A stretch of DNA of 63,801 nucleotides, counting the filler, from Chiloscyllium plagiosum (Eukaryota): NCBI RefSeq assembly GCF_004010195.1. It is 7 parts of one record of this genome, joined end to end, with 100 filler letters (N's around TTAATTAATTAA, not from the genome) between each part and the next. Parts side by side here need not be neighbours in the genome. Positions count along the whole stretch, not along the records: positions 62,327 to 63,801 come from NC_057717.1; 6 more parts are not named here. One strand, 5' to 3'. Both the position numbers and the translations under genes were made by a program. Shown here in pieces: positions 62,327 through 63,801 of this stretch (positions are counted from its first letter, which is position 1; each line of letters starts with the position of its first letter). Below the pieces are notes generated by a model, which did no database searches, was not told the DNA's origin, and saw nothing but the letters and a program-made list of their open reading frames with translations.

Positions 62327-63801
62327 ATGGTTAATGGACAGTGGGAGGTGTGTCAGGCCATGATGGTTACTGTACAGTGGGATGTATGTCGGGCCGTGAT
62401 GGTTACTGTGCAGTGTGAGGTATGTCCGGCCCTGATGGTTAATGGACAGTGGGAGGTGTGTCAGGCCATGATGGTTACTGTACAGTGGGATGTATGTCGG
62501 GCCGTGATGGTTACTGTGCAGTGTGAGGTATGTCCGGCCATGATGGTTAATGGACAGTGGGAGGTGTGTCAGGCCATGATGGTTACTGTACAGTGGGATG
62601 TATGTCGGGCCGTGATGGTTACTGTACAGCAGGAGGTGTGTCAGGGTGTGATTGTTATTGTACAGTGGGAGGTATGTTGGGCCGTGATGGTTACTGTACA
62701 GTGGGAGGGATGTCGTAAAATGATGATTACTGTACATTGGGTGGTATGTCGGGCAGTTATGGTTACTGTACAGTGGGAGGGATGTCGGGCCGTGATGGTT
62801 ACTGCACAGTGGGAGATATGTTGGAAAATTATAGTTACAGTACAGTGGAAGGAATGTCGGTCCGTGATGGTTACTGTATGTGGGAGGTATGTCGGGCCGT
62901 GATGGTTACTGTACAGTGGGAGGTATATCGGGCCGTGATGGTTACTGTACAGTGGGAGGTATGTCGGGCCGTGATGGTTAAAGTACAGTGGGAGGTATGG
63001 CGGGCCGTCATGGATACAGTACAGTGGGAGGGGTGTCGGAAAATGATGTTTACTGTTCAGTGTGAGGTATGTCGGGTCGTGATGGTGACTGTACAATCCG
63101 AGATATGTCGGGCCGTGATGGTTACTGTACAGTGTGAGGTATGTCCGGCCATGATGGTTAATAGACAGTGGGAGGTGTGTCAGGCCATGATGGTTACTGT
63201 ACAATGGGGTATATGTCGGAAAATTTTGGTTACTGTACAGTGGGAGGTATGTCGGGCCATAATGGTTACGGAACAGTGAGAGGTATTTCGGGCCGGGATT
63301 GCTACTGTACAGTGGGAGGTATACCGGGCCGGGAGGGTTACTGTACACTGGGAGGTACACCAGGCCGTGATGGTTACTGTACAATGGGAGGTATGCCGGG
63401 CCGTTATGATTACTGTACAGTGGGAGGTATTTCGGTCCGGCATGGTTACTGTACAGTGGGAGGTATATCGGGCCGTGATGGTTACTGTACAGTGGGAGGT
63501 ATGTCGGAAAATAATGGTTACTGAACAGAGGGTGGTTTGTCGGGCAGTGATGATTACTGTACTGTGGGAGGTATGACGGTCCGTGATGGTTACTGTACAG
63601 CGGGAGGTGTGTCAGGGTGTGATTGTTATTGTACAGTGGGAGGTATGTTGGGCTGTGATGATTAATGTACAGTGTGAGGTATGCAAGACCGTGATGGTTA
63701 CAGTACAGTGGGAGGTATGTCGGGTCGTGATGGTTACTGTGCAGTCGGAGGTAAGTCGGGCTGTGATGGTTACTGTACATTGGGATGTATGTCGGGCCGT
63801 G
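62327..63801 (+). repeat. 36-bp minisatellite
   Basis: Unit atggttactgtacagtgggaggtatgtcgggccgtg, about 40 copies; 108-bp trimer at 62327-62640; runs off the window end. Confidence 0.95.

Overview
Vertebrate genomic DNA, most likely a shark or other cartilaginous fish (inferred from an HE1/V-SINE, abundant CR1 LINEs and a GPR139-like receptor). It is stitched from several contigs: six artificial N-TTAATTAATTAA-N joins plus larger N gaps. One intact two-exon class A GPCR gene (GPR139/GPR142-like) lies at 24024-25403 (+). A second, orphan first exon of the same family, in the same splice phase, lies at 10495-10675. Most of the rest is mobile DNA: nested CR1 LINEs, SINEs and at least four families of Penelope-like elements (PLEs). 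The PLE 3' ends carry minimal type I hammerhead ribozyme motifs and often occur as short palindromic insertions with 13-15 bp imperfect target-site duplications. There is also a decayed class I endogenous retrovirus (integrase, gamma-type env, PPT, 3' LTR), a ~7 kb pyrimidine-rich tract, 43-bp and 36-bp satellites, two local duplications and a YY1/NRF1 CpG-type promoter with no visible gene. All calls were read by eye. Repeat boundaries are approximate and family names come from motif recognition, not database searches.
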